A program made the translations under genes and the position numbers. Below, piece by piece: positions 17,677 to 27,628 of a DNA stretch of 64,000 nt (the stretch's first letter is position 1; each line of letters starts with the position of its first letter). The notes beneath the pieces are model-generated. The model was not told the origin of the DNA, did not search any database, and worked only from the letters and a program-made list of their open reading frames with translations. This stretch comes from Parcubacteria group bacterium Gr01-1014_29 (GTDB taxonomy: Bacteria > Patescibacteriota > Minisyncoccia > Ryanbacterales > 2-02-FULL-48-12), in contig VMFT01000002.1 of the NCBI GenBank assembly GCA_007376195.1, positions 1,273-65,272 on the forward strand, given 5' to 3'.

Positions 17677-20586
17677 ATGGAAAACATACAGAAAATAAAG
17701 AAACGCAACGGAGAGGTCGTAGAATTTGACCAGCATAAAATAACACTCGCGGTGCAAAATGCTTTTTTTGCAACGCGCGGGACGTTAGACGAGGCGCGTC
17801 TGCGCGCTATTACCGAGAACGTCGTTATTGAGCTTGTTGCTCTGTTTCCGTCCACCGAGCAGATTCCATCCGTTGAGAATGTGCAGGATATCGTGGAGCG
17901 CAAGATCATGGAGCAGGGCTTTTTTGATGTCGCAAAAGCCTATATTCTCTATCGGTATGATCATGCCAAAGAGCGGGAGGAGAAGAAAAAGGATACCTTG
18001 CGGCGCATTCAGGAAAATCAGATTACGATTATAAAACGGTCAGGCAAACCGGAGCCGTTTTCAATGGAAAAAATTCGTACATCGCTTCGCTATGCCGCGC
18101 GCGGCTGCCAAGACGCCGTGGATATAGAGAGGCTTGCGGAACAATGCCGTAACGAGGTGTATGACAACATGCCCACATCTGAAATTGCGCGCTCATTGGT
18201 GTTGGTTGCTCGATCGTTCATTGAGCTTGATCCGGCCTATTCAAAAGTGGCTGCCCGGCTGATGCTGGTAAAGCTCTACAAAGATATAATCGGCTCGAAG
18301 ATTGACTACGCCCGGCTCGATCAGCAGTACCGCGAGGCGTTTGTGCAGGTACTGCAACATGGCGTGGGCGTGGGAAAACTGGACAAGCGCATGCTGGAGT
18401 TTGATCTTGAAAAACTGGCTCTCCGCCTCAAGCCCGAACGCGACGATTTGTTGCGGTATCTGGGTGTGCAGCGGCTGTATGATCAATATTTTTTGAAAAA
18501 CGCGGAAACTCGGGATGTATTGGAAGCGCCGCAGATGTTTTGGATGCGCGTGGCGATGGGTCTGGCGCTGGGCGAGCAGGAAAAAACCAAATGGGCGGAA
18601 GAATTTTACGAAATACTCTCGATGCTCCGGTATGTGCCGTCGAGCCCCACGCTGTATCACGCGGGCATGGTGAAGGCGCAGTTGAGTTCGTGTTTTCTTT
18701 CCACGGTGGGGGACGACTTGCATGCGATTTTCAAATCATACGGCGACAGCGCGCATTTGTTGAAATGGGCAGGCGGCATGGGTATGGACTGGACTCCCGT
18801 GCGCGCCACTGGCGCTTTGGTGCGGAGCACCGGCGTGGAGTCGCAAGGCGTGGTGCCGTTTTTGAAAATAATGAACGACGTTACGATTTCCATAAACCGC
18901 AGCGGCAGGAAGCGGGGCGCGACGTGCGTGTATCTTGAAACTTGGCACTACGACATTGAGGACTTTCTGGAGCTTCGCAAGAATACGGGCGACGAGCGCC
19001 GCCGCACGCATGATATGAACACGGCCAACTGGATACCCGATCTTTTTATGAAGCGCGTGCGCGAAGACGGGGATTGGACACTTTTTTCATCGGAAGAAGT
19101 GCCGGATCTCCACGAAACATACGGCAGAAAATTCGAAGAGCGCTATATGGCATACGAACGGAAGGCCGATGAGGGGGGTATCCACATGTGGAAGCGTATG
19201 AAAGCGCGGGAGCTTTGGAAGAAAATGCTTGCCATGCTGTTTGAAACGGGTCATCCGTGGATTACATTTAAGGATCCATCCAACATCCGTTCGCCCCAAG
19301 ATCATGTGGGTGTTGTGCACAATTCAAACTTATGCACGGAGATAACGCTTAACAACTCCGCCGAAGAGACCGCGGTCTGCAATCTCGGCTGGATCAATTT
19401 CGCTGAGCACGTAACGGACGGTGTGTTTGACGAAGCAAAAGCGGCCCAAACCGTACGGCTTGGCATGCGCATGCTCGACAACGTTGTTGATTTGAACTAC
19501 TACCCCACAGTCGAAACCAAGCGGTCTAATATGCGCCATCGCCCGGTAGGATTTGGCATGGGCGGATTTCACGATGCGCTCTACCGGATGAATATACAAT
19601 TTGATTCGGAGGCGGCGGTTGAGTTTGCCGACCGCAGCATGGAGGTTATTGCGTATCACGCGTATCTTGCGTCTTCCCAGCTTGCGGCTGAGCGTAGCGC
19701 CTACGAGACATTCAAGGGTTCCAAATGGGATCGCGGCATCCTGCCGCAGGATACCTTGCAGCTTCTGGAGGAAGAGCGCGGCGAGCATATTCCCGTCTCG
19801 CGCCGAAGCTCGCTTGACTGGAGCGTGGTGCGCGACGCTATCAAACAATATGGCATGCGCAACTCCAACTGTCTTGCGGTGGCTCCCACAGCGTCCACAT
19901 CCAACGTGGTGGGGGCGATTCCTTCTATTGAACCGATTTACAAAAACATCTATGTAAAGTCGAATATGTCCGGGGACTTTACCGTGGTAAACGAGTACCT
20001 GGTGGAAGATTTAAAAAAGATCGGGTTGTGGAGCAGGGAGATGTTGAATAAAATTAAGTTTAAGGACGGCAATATTTCCAGCATCGCGGGCATTCCAGAT
20101 CATCTCAAAGAAAAATACAAAGAAGTGTTTCAGATAAATCCCAAGTGGCTTATTCGCGCGGCGGCTCATCGCGGCAAGTGGATAGATCAGAGCCAATCGC
20201 TGAACATTTTCTTTGCGGGTTCTTCCGGAAAGCAGATTTCTGAGATTTACCAGTATGCGTGGGAAATGGGCTTAAAGACTACGTATTATTTGCGTACACT
20301 TGCGGTCTCGCAGGTAGAAAAGTCTACCGTGAGCGCGGTAGAATACGGGTCCACCCACGTTCGTGTGCAAGAGACGGTTGCGGCCGCAACTCTCGCAGAG
20401 GGAATTGTGTCGCAGCAGGCGCAAGGTATGGATGCGGAGCGTATGGCAGTTAGCGAAAGGCCGGTATACTTGACACCCCACATCGAAGCGGCTGATATTC
20501 CGGAGTCGCCAGAGAGCAATCCCCTATCTGTACCACAGCCGAAACTGTGCAGTATCGAGGATCCAAGCTGTGAATCATGCCAGTAA
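17677..20586 (+). CDS. nrdA: Class I ribonucleotide reductase alpha subunit, two ATP cones
   Basis: IKKRNG and IIKRSG cones, SSCF, SNLCTEI, APTAS, KTTYYLR, C-terminal CESC. Confidence 0.95.
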   Translation: MENIQKIKKRNGEVVEFDQHKITLAVQNAFFATRGTLDEARLRAITENVVIELVALFPSTEQIPSVENVQDIVERKIMEQGFFDVAKAYILYRYDHAKEREEKKKDTLRRIQENQITIIKRSGKPEPFSMEKIRTSLRYAARGCQDAVDIERLAEQCRNEVYDNMPTSEIARSLVLVARSFIELDPAYSKVAARLMLVKLYKDIIGSKIDYARLDQQYREAFVQVLQHGVGVGKLDKRMLEFDLEKLALRLKPERDDLLRYLGVQRLYDQYFLKNAETRDVLEAPQMFWMRVAMGLALGEQEKTKWAEEFYEILSMLRYVPSSPTLYHAGMVKAQLSSCFLSTVGDDLHAIFKSYGDSAHLLKWAGGMGMDWTPVRATGALVRSTGVESQGVVPFLKIMNDVTISINRSGRKRGATCVYLETWHYDIEDFLELRKNTGDERRRTHDMNTANWIPDLFMKRVREDGDWTLFSSEEVPDLHETYGRKFEERYMAYERKADEGGIHMWKRMKARELWKKMLAMLFETGHPWITFKDPSNIRSPQDHVGVVHNSNLCTEITLNNSAEETAVCNLGWINFAEHVTDGVFDEAKAAQTVRLGMRMLDNVVDLNYYPTVETKRSNMRHRPVGFGMGGFHDALYRMNIQFDSEAAVEFADRSMEVIAYHAYLASSQLAAERSAYETFKGSKWDRGILPQDTLQLLEEERGEHIPVSRRSSLDWSVVRDAIKQYGMRNSNCLAVAPTASTSNVVGAIPSIEPIYKNIYVKSNMSGDFTVVNEYLVEDLKKIGLWSREMLNKIKFKDGNISSIAGIPDHLKEKYKEVFQINPKWLIRAAAHRGKWIDQSQSLNIFFAGSSGKQISEIYQYAWEMGLKTTYYLRTLAVSQVEKSTVSAVEYGSTHVRVQETVAAATLAEGIVSQQAQGMDAERMAVSERPVYLTPHIEAADIPESPESNPLSVPQPKLCSIEDPSCESCQ

Positions 20587-20676
20587 ATTAGGCGCTAGGC
20601 ACTAGGCGTTAGGAACTAAGAAAGAAAAATATCTTTCTAGCATCCAGAGCCTAAAGCCTAAAGCCTAAAGCCTAAT
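20587..20676. repeat. TAGGCNN heptamer-periodic hairpin
   Basis: ATTAGGCGCTAGGCACTAGGCGTTAGG ... CCTAAAGCCTAAAGCCTAAAGCCTAAT fills the nrdA-nrdB gap. Confidence 0.85.
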
Positions 20677-20678
20677 CT

Positions 20679-21716
20679 ATGCCTATTCAAAAAACAACAG
20701 AACGCGTGAACAGTAATAAACGCCGCATCATCAACGGAGAAGACGCGGATGTAATGCAGTTATACCCCATTAAGCACAAATTTGCGTGGGATGCGTATAT
20801 AATAGGGAACGCCAACCATTGGTTGCCAACCGAAGTCAACATGCAGCGCGATGTTGAGCAGTGGAAGTCTCCGTATGTTCTTACGGCGGACGAGCGTCTT
20901 GCGCTGGAAACCGTGCTTGGGTTTTTCACCACAGCCGATTCTCTCGCGGCAAACAACCTGGTGCTTGCCTCCTATAAGCACATCACTTCGCCCGAATGCC
21001 GGCTGTATTTATTGCGTCAGGCCTATGAAGAGGCAATCCATACGCATGCGTATCAATACATTGTAGAAAGCCTGGGTATGGATGAAGGGCGCCTGTTCAA
21101 CATGTACCGCGAGCATGATGCAATTTACAACAAAGACGCGTTTATCCTTACGTTTAACGAAGGCATTTTTGACCCTCACTTCAAAACCGGCACATTCGCG
21201 TCGGATCAGAAGTTTCTTGAGAACATGGTTGTGTTTTCAATTATTCTTGAAGGCATCTTTTTTTACAGCGCGTTTGCCGTTATGTTCGGGTTCCAGCGGC
21301 AAAATAAAATGGTTGGCGCGGCCGAGGAGATCCAATACATCATGCGCGATGAGTCTATGCACCTTAACTTCGGGATTAACGTTATAAATACTATAAAACA
21401 GGAGCAGCCGGAGTTGTGGACAAAGGATTTCCAGGAGCATGTCATGGAGCTTGTGAAAACAGCTGTTGTGCTTGAATCCACATTCGCGGCAAGCGTGTTT
21501 CCACACGGCATTTTCGGCATGAACGCCGATGGATTTCGTCAGTATATACAACATATTGCGGACCGCCGGCTGCAGCGGATAGGTCTTCTGGCAGCATATG
21601 GCAGTCAGAACCCATTTCCGTGGATGTCCGAAGCCATTGACCTTTCCAAGGAAAAAAATTTCTTTGAGACGCGCGTTATTGAATATCAGACCGGTGGCGC
21701 GTTAGAATGGGAATAG
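20679..21716 (+). CDS. nrdB: Ribonucleotide reductase beta subunit (Tyr-radical type)
   Basis: EEAIHTHAY, EGIFFY, RDESMH, NFFETRV. Confidence 0.95.
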   Translation: MPIQKTTERVNSNKRRIINGEDADVMQLYPIKHKFAWDAYIIGNANHWLPTEVNMQRDVEQWKSPYVLTADERLALETVLGFFTTADSLAANNLVLASYKHITSPECRLYLLRQAYEEAIHTHAYQYIVESLGMDEGRLFNMYREHDAIYNKDAFILTFNEGIFDPHFKTGTFASDQKFLENMVVFSIILEGIFFYSAFAVMFGFQRQNKMVGAAEEIQYIMRDESMHLNFGINVINTIKQEQPELWTKDFQEHVMELVKTAVVLESTFAASVFPHGIFGMNADGFRQYIQHIADRRLQRIGLLAAYGSQNPFPWMSEAIDLSKEKNFFETRVIEYQTGGALEWE

Positions 21717-21718
21717 GA

Positions 21719-21792
21719 ATCAACGAATAGCGAATCAGAAACGAATTTACGAATGAGGTGAATTAAGCTAAAAATAAGTCCTATTCGTTGAT
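21719..21792. repeat. ACGAAT-family hairpin (degenerate empty copy)
   Basis: ATCAACGAATAG ... CTATTCGTTGAT; left arm resembles 38552-38589. Confidence 0.7.
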
Positions 21793-21800
21793 AAAATATT

Positions 21801-23177
21801 ATGCCTACCCAACCTCACCTAAAGTATCTCACGCCGGAAAAATTTCTCAACACGATTCTTGAAGAAGCGGTGCGCGACCGCGCGTCTGATGTGCACATTG
21901 AGCCCTTGGTAGATGAATTGCGGGTGCGCTTTCGTATTGATGGATACTTGCAGGAGCGTTACCACCGGCCGCTTATGGAAATTGAGCCGTTAGTAACGCG
22001 CATCAAGGCTATTTCCGATCTTGATCTTGCAACGCGCCTTCCGCAGGACGGTCATTTTGAGTTTAGTGTAGAGCTTTCAGAAAGCGCCAAAAACAACACA
22101 CAAGAAGCTACGCAGCCCGTTGTGGAAATGCGCGAGCCGCCGTCGCGTCTGGCAGACGCGTTCTCGTCACTCTTTAGCACAGGCAAACAAGAAGACGAGT
22201 TGGAACAGATTGTTTCTTCCCAGCCGGATAAAAAAGATGTAACAGAAATCAAAGGGACGCAAAAAACGCGCCCCGCGGGCGTGTATGTGCTTAATGTGCG
22301 TGTGTCGGTGTTTCCTACGGTCTATGGTGAGGCGGTTGTGTTTCGGTTGCTTAACCGCAGCGACATGCTTATCTCGCTTTCAGGTCTTGGTATGGAAGCA
22401 AGTGACCTTGCCGCCATGCGTGATCTTATTACTCGTACGTATGGCATGGTGCTTACCACGGGACCTTCCGGCTCCGGCAAGACCACGACGCTGTACGCGA
22501 TTCTTCAAGAGCTTAAAAACAAAGAAAAAAACATTATCACGCTAGAAGATCCGGTCGAGTTTTATTTTGGTGATATCCGGCAAACCCAGATTCGGCCCGA
22601 ACAAGGGCTTACGTACGCGGTAGGCATGCGTTCTGTTTTGCGTCAGGACCCCGACGTTATTATGATAGGTGAAATCCGTGATCGTGAAACGGCTGAACAC
22701 GCCATGCGCGCATCGTTGGTGGGACGCATGGTTGGCTCCACGGTTCACTCTAATACAGCTGTCGGTACCATCGCGCGCTTGATCGATATGAATGTTGAGC
22801 GCAGTCTTATCGCGTTTGCGCTAAACGGCATCATCGACCAGCGGCTAGTGCGCAAGGTATGCGATGTATGCGCCGCATCGTATGCTCCTGATCCTGCAGC
22901 GCTCCGGCGTATTGGTATTGCAGATGGCATGAAGGGTACGTTTCGCAAGGGTAGCGGATGCGCGGAGTGCGGCAGTACGGGCTTTAACGGACGCACAGGT
23001 GTGTTTGGTATTCTTGTTATGGATGACGAGTTGCAGTCTTTAATTGTGGAGCGTTCTCCCATGCGGGCGTTGCAGGAGTACATGGAAAAATCTGACATGG
23101 CAACATTGCGCCAGCGCATAGCGGAAAAAGTGCTCGCGGGTGTTATCACCGCTGAAGAAGCCGCCCGTGCGGTGTGA
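21801..23177 (+). CDS. GspE/PilB-family ATPase
   Basis: ASDVHIEP, GPSGSGKTT, LEDPVE, RQDPDVIMIGEIRD, tetra-Cys motif. Confidence 0.9.
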   Translation: MPTQPHLKYLTPEKFLNTILEEAVRDRASDVHIEPLVDELRVRFRIDGYLQERYHRPLMEIEPLVTRIKAISDLDLATRLPQDGHFEFSVELSESAKNNTQEATQPVVEMREPPSRLADAFSSLFSTGKQEDELEQIVSSQPDKKDVTEIKGTQKTRPAGVYVLNVRVSVFPTVYGEAVVFRLLNRSDMLISLSGLGMEASDLAAMRDLITRTYGMVLTTGPSGSGKTTTLYAILQELKNKEKNIITLEDPVEFYFGDIRQTQIRPEQGLTYAVGMRSVLRQDPDVIMIGEIRDRETAEHAMRASLVGRMVGSTVHSNTAVGTIARLIDMNVERSLIAFALNGIIDQRLVRKVCDVCAASYAPDPAALRRIGIADGMKGTFRKGSGCAECGSTGFNGRTGVFGILVMDDELQSLIVERSPMRALQEYMEKSDMATLRQRIAEKVLAGVITAEEAARAV

Positions 23178-23409
23178 TATACAGTAGAACGAAACTCAAA
23201 AGAAGCGTTTTCGGACGTGCTCTCAAAATTAAAAAATCTCCTCGTGCCGTTACAAGTTAATTTTTACTATGTCAGTCATCAAAAAATGCTTTCAAGTAAT
23301 GCTTTTGTAGCTATTTGGTGTAGTTGATGTAACTTGTAACGGTACTCGCATCAAAAATGCGGGAGATGACGTGATTGCGCGTTAGACAATGTTGTAGTAC
23401 ATTGAAAAC

Positions 23410-23643
23410 ATGCCTACTCTTACAATCCCAAAAAAACTTACGAAAGGCGAAGACCTTGTAGTGATTCCGCGTAAGGAATACGAGGAGCTTTTGCGTGTTC
23501 AGCAGTCGATGCCAGAGAAAGTAAAAACATTTAAGCCGACTGCTAGTGAAAAGAAAGCTATCGCGGAAGCGCGTAAACGATTTGCGAAAGGCGAATATCT
23601 CACTCTCGAAGAGCTTCGTCATGAGCTGGCGCTTAATCGTTGA
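23410..23643 (+). CDS. Antitoxin
   Basis: EDLVVIPRKEYEEL; overlaps a RelE-like gene; TTGCGC-17-TACATT promoter 6 nt upstream. Confidence 0.75.
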   Translation: MPTLTIPKKLTKGEDLVVIPRKEYEELLRVQQSMPEKVKTFKPTASEKKAIAEARKRFAKGEYLTLEELRHELALNR

Positions 23644-23878
23644 TAAATCGGTAAGTAAAGAATTAAAACGCGTACCGCGCAAAATAGCTACGCGCGTTTT
23701 TTCTGTTATAGAGCATTTGGTTGAAGACCCTTTCTTTGGGGATATTGAAAAAATGGAAGGAGAAGATTTTGTGTGGCGTCGGCGTGTCGGTAGTTACAGG
23801 ATTTTTTATGAAGTACTGCAACGTGAGAAATTAATCCGAATTACGAATGTGAAACGGAGAACTTCAAAGACATATTAA
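23621..23878 (+). CDS. RelE/ParE-family toxin
   Basis: DIEKMEG...WRRRVGSYRIFY. Confidence 0.85.
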   Translation: MSWRLIVDKSVSKELKRVPRKIATRVFSVIEHLVEDPFFGDIEKMEGEDFVWRRRVGSYRIFYEVLQREKLIRITNVKRRTSKTY

Positions 23879-23964
23879 GAATCATAAAAAATCTCCTCGC
23901 ATCCAAGATGCGGGAGATGATGTAATTTACCGTTGTGTGGCATTATGTCAAGGTGAAAATATTC

Positions 23965-24648
23965 CTATACAAGTGCTGAGGGGCAGAGTTTATTAAGGGG
24001 GCACTCCACGCATTTGGGACGTTGCGCGATGCAGATTGCGCGGCCGTGGTTTATCAAGCGATAGGTGAGGCTAAACCAATTCTTTTTCGGGAAGAGCGTC
24101 ATCAAGTCTTTTTCAATTTTTACAGGATCGGTTTGTTTCGTAAAACCAAGCCGTTGAGAGAGGCGTATCATATGCGTGTCTATGGCGATGCCTTCTACTA
24201 CGCCGTAGGCGTTTCCCAGCACCACATTCGCGGTTTTGCGGGCTACTCCGGGCAAGGTAAGCAAGTCCTGCATGGTATGAGGAAGTTTTCCGTTGAAGGT
24301 ATCCTGGATTTTTTTACATGCCCTAATGATATGTTTTGTTTTTGCATGATAGAATCCCGATGGACGTATCTCTCTTTCAAATAGTGACGGTTTCGCATGC
24401 GCAAAGTCTTTCGCGGTTTTATATTTTTTGAAAAGGGGTACGGTAACTTCGTTCACTTTTTTGTCGGTGCATTGGGCCGAAAGTATAACAGCCACGAGAA
24501 GTTGGATATTGTTTCCATATTTCAACGCGATTTTTGCATTCGGGTACGTTTTGGTAAGCACCCGAACTATTTGCGTCGCGCGTTTTTTCTTGTCGGCGAC
24601 GGGTTCCGTTTTGATCCACGGTTTTGTATACATTTGAAATTTTTCCAT
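23965..24648 (-). CDS. nth: Endonuclease III
   Basis: LSAQCTD, LPGVARKTAN, 4Fe-4S Cys cluster; start uncertain. Confidence 0.92.
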   Translation of the reverse strand: MEKFQMYTKPWIKTEPVADKKKRATQIVRVLTKTYPNAKIALKYGNNIQLLVAVILSAQCTDKKVNEVTVPLFKKYKTAKDFAHAKPSLFEREIRPSGFYHAKTKHIIRACKKIQDTFNGKLPHTMQDLLTLPGVARKTANVVLGNAYGVVEGIAIDTHMIRLSQRLGFTKQTDPVKIEKDLMTLFPKKNWFSLTYRLINHGRAICIAQRPKCVECPLNKLCPSALV

Positions 24649-24723
24649 AATTTTTTCAGATGTTTTTATTTTACACAATATATGATACTATGTGAAAGCA
24701 AGCATATATTCTAGATAAAATTT

Positions 24724-25317
24724 ATGCAAACATTTATCAAATACATCGTAGTACTTGGTATCATTACAGGCGCTGTTTTTTTGCTTTCGCGTAGCACTAT
24801 TTCACTAAAAGAAGAAGGCACAAGAGCGTCTGAACCATCACTCACTGCTGATATACAGACAAATTTCGGGATGATTACCGTGGAGCTTTTCCCGGAGGAT
24901 GCGCCGAAAACGGTAGAGAATTTTATCAAACTCGCCGAATCAAAGTTTTATGATGGCACAAAACTCCATCGCATCATCAAAAATTTTATGATTCAAGGCG
25001 GAGATCCAAACAGCAAAGATACTGATTGGTCTGATGACGGCAAAGGCGGGCCTGGCTACGCGTTTGAAGATGAATTTAACGAACACAAAGTGGTGCGTGG
25101 CGCGCTCGCCATGGCCAATTCCGGACCTAACACAAACGGCAGTCAGTTTTTTGTCGTGACTGCCAAGGAAACCCCGTGGCTCGACGGAAAGCATACCGTA
25201 TTCGGTCGTGTGGTAAGGGGCATGGAAATAATCGATAAAATAGAATTGATGGCCACAAATGAAAAAGATCATCCGCTGGAGGACGTAGTGATTGAGAACA
25301 TAGCGATACCACGGTGA
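24724..25317 (+). CDS. Cyclophilin-type peptidyl-prolyl isomerase with N-terminal TM
   Basis: HRIIKNFMIQGGDP, MANSGPNTNGSQFF, WLDGKHTVFG. Confidence 0.93.
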   Translation: MQTFIKYIVVLGIITGAVFLLSRSTISLKEEGTRASEPSLTADIQTNFGMITVELFPEDAPKTVENFIKLAESKFYDGTKLHRIIKNFMIQGGDPNSKDTDWSDDGKGGPGYAFEDEFNEHKVVRGALAMANSGPNTNGSQFFVVTAKETPWLDGKHTVFGRVVRGMEIIDKIELMATNEKDHPLEDVVIENIAIPR

Positions 25318-25319
25318 CC

Positions 25320-26018
25320 ATGGAACAACAGGTTCGAAAACACAATAAAAGCGGCGAGTACCTAAAAGATGTCGTGTATGGCGCAAACGACGGTGTTATT
25401 ACGACGTTTGCAGTTGTCGCGGGCGTTGCGGGAGCAGGTCTTGATAGCGCTATTGTTGTTTTGTTGGGGCTTGCAAATTTGCTGGCTGATGGATTTTCCA
25501 TGGCCGCGTCAAACTATCTGGGCAGCAAGTCCGAGCGCGACTATGTCATGCGTGAACGAGATACGGAAGAAATGGAATTGCATGCTGAACCGAAAAGGGA
25601 ACACACAGAGATGTTTGGCTATCTGCGGCGCAAGGGATACGCCCAACAAGATGCCAAAGCTTTGCTTTCACTGCTTTCAAAAAACAAAAGCTTGTGGCTT
25701 GATATTATGAGTCATGAGGAACTTGGCATAAGTCCACCGAATGGCGCAAGTACACCCGTTCGCGCCGCGCGGGCGACTTTTTTTTCGTTTGTGTTTGCCG
25801 GCGCTGTGCCGCTTATACCGTATATGGTTTTTACCGGTGGCGACTTGTTTAGTATCGCTTCCTGGAGCACCGCCGTTGTTTTGTTTACGATTGGCGCGGC
25901 GCGGTCATTGTTTACCGATCAACGATGGTATACTGCGGGATTTGAAATGTTGTGTGTTGGTGGAACCGCGGCGTTGATCGCCTATAGCGTCGGTTATTTG
26001 CTAAGCGTGATGCTGTAA
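25320..26018 (+). CDS. VIT1/CCC1 iron/manganese transporter
   Basis: VYGANDG, ADGFSMAASNYL. Confidence 0.9.
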   Translation: MEQQVRKHNKSGEYLKDVVYGANDGVITTFAVVAGVAGAGLDSAIVVLLGLANLLADGFSMAASNYLGSKSERDYVMRERDTEEMELHAEPKREHTEMFGYLRRKGYAQQDAKALLSLLSKNKSLWLDIMSHEELGISPPNGASTPVRAARATFFSFVFAGAVPLIPYMVFTGGDLFSIASWSTAVVLFTIGAARSLFTDQRWYTAGFEMLCVGGTAALIAYSVGYLLSVML

Positions 26019-26028
26019 TGGCGTTTTG

Positions 26029-27123
26029 TTATTTCCGTTCTTCAAGATGTGCGTGAGCAATTCTGCGTTTTGCGCCTTCGCTCAAGACGCCAAATCGCAC
26101 TTCGTCTCCTATGGTGAGTCCTTCAAGCATGTCTTCGAGGGTTTCTTTTTCGGTGATACGCTTTTTATTGCATGTAAGAATAATATCGCCTTCTCGGAGC
26201 CCCGCCTTAGCCGCAGCACTCCCGGGAACAATCGCATGGTCTCCGGGAAACGCTTCTTTAAGGATCAATGCGCCATGCGTAACCGGAAGCCCAAAACGAT
26301 CCGCGATGCGCTTGTTCAAGAGCACATAACGTACGCCCAGAAACGGCCGGCGAATGCGGCCATGCTGGGTTATGTCGTCGAGATCGCGCTTTGCCTTTAT
26401 TACGGGAATGGCAAAGCCGATGTTTTGCGCCCCAAATACAATAGCAACGTTGATACCAATGACATTGCCATCCAAGTCAATAAGCGGGCCGCCGGAGTTT
26501 CCCGGGTTTATGGCCGCGTCGGTTTGGATAAGGCCGCGGAGCCGTTCTTGGCGGCCGGACATATCGGTAATTGCCGAGATAAGGCGCGAGAGGCCGGAGA
26601 TGACGCCGGTGGAGACCGAGTTTTTAAATTCACCGAGCGCGTTGCCGATGGCGATCACCGTCTGCCCCAGCTCAAGCGGTTTTTCTTCGGCAAGCGATAC
26701 AACAGGAAGTTCCGGTAGCGTGCGCCCGCGCATCTCAATTTTAAGAATTGCAACGTCGTGAATGGGATCGCGCGCAACTATTGATACGGGGTATGACTGG
26801 TCGTTGTGCAGGACCGCAGTATATTCCGCTTCTGGGTCCGCGACTACATGGCGGTTTGTAAGAATGATGCCAGTTTTATTCACCAGAAACCCCGAGCCGC
26901 CGCCAAGCCGCACCTTGCCGTCGTCGGTGGTGGGAATGTCATCAGGAATTTCTTCGCTATCCATACCCATGCCGGGTGTGGCTTCTCCAAACGGTGATAC
27001 ACCAAAGGGGGCGAGTTTGCGGGCGGCTTCCTGCAACGCTTGCCAGTCTTTTGCCGCGGTAATGGATACTACGGCGGGCATGACTTTTTTAACTGCCTCT
27101 ACAATTTGTTCTTCGTATGTCAT
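26029..27123 (-). CDS. HtrA/DegP-like serine protease with PDZ
   Basis: GSGF, TNRHV, QTDAAINPGNSGGPL. Confidence 0.92.
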   Translation of the reverse strand: MTYEEQIVEAVKKVMPAVVSITAAKDWQALQEAARKLAPFGVSPFGEATPGMGMDSEEIPDDIPTTDDGKVRLGGGSGFLVNKTGIILTNRHVVADPEAEYTAVLHNDQSYPVSIVARDPIHDVAILKIEMRGRTLPELPVVSLAEEKPLELGQTVIAIGNALGEFKNSVSTGVISGLSRLISAITDMSGRQERLRGLIQTDAAINPGNSGGPLIDLDGNVIGINVAIVFGAQNIGFAIPVIKAKRDLDDITQHGRIRRPFLGVRYVLLNKRIADRFGLPVTHGALILKEAFPGDHAIVPGSAAAKAGLREGDIILTCNKKRITEKETLEDMLEGLTIGDEVRFGVLSEGAKRRIAHAHLEERK

Positions 27124-27201
27124 ATAGATAAGTATACTTGCAAATAGATAAGTAAGCTAGTATAGTAGGGGCGGATATGCGAAAGAAGAAAGGAGATACA
27201 G

Positions 27202-27564
27202 ATGGAAACAGGAATATATGAAAATGAACTGTTTGAATCGTATGTGCTGTTACCCGAGCAAGTTACCTCTTTGGCAGCAGCAGATTCTCCCGAACATCGG
27301 TTCATGCGGGTCGTGTTGGAAGATGCACTCAAGGGATATCAGAGATATAAAGACAAGAAATCTCTGAGAGCGCGGCGGTTGTTTCAGGAAGATGAGAAGT
27401 GGTTTCGGTCTGCTGACGTGTCGTGGCCGTTTTCTTTTGAAAATATCTGCATGGCGCTGGGTCTAGATGCCCAAGCAGTGAGGAAAGAGCTTTTCAGAAA
27501 GGATTCCAAAGTGAAAGTGCCAATGATTAACTTGATCACCTATCACCGCACAAAAATTGGATAG
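27202..27564 (+). CDS. Conserved hypothetical protein
   Basis: AAAGGAG SD; PEHRFMRVVLEDA...WPFSFENIC. Confidence 0.7.
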   Translation: METGIYENELFESYVLLPEQVTSLAAADSPEHRFMRVVLEDALKGYQRYKDKKSLRARRLFQEDEKWFRSADVSWPFSFENICMALGLDAQAVRKELFRKDSKVKVPMINLITYHRTKIG

Positions 27565-27628
27565 GTTTCACATGCGCTGCCAAATTGTGGCGGTGCTTTT
27601 TTGTTCCGTTTTCTGGTACAATACACTC

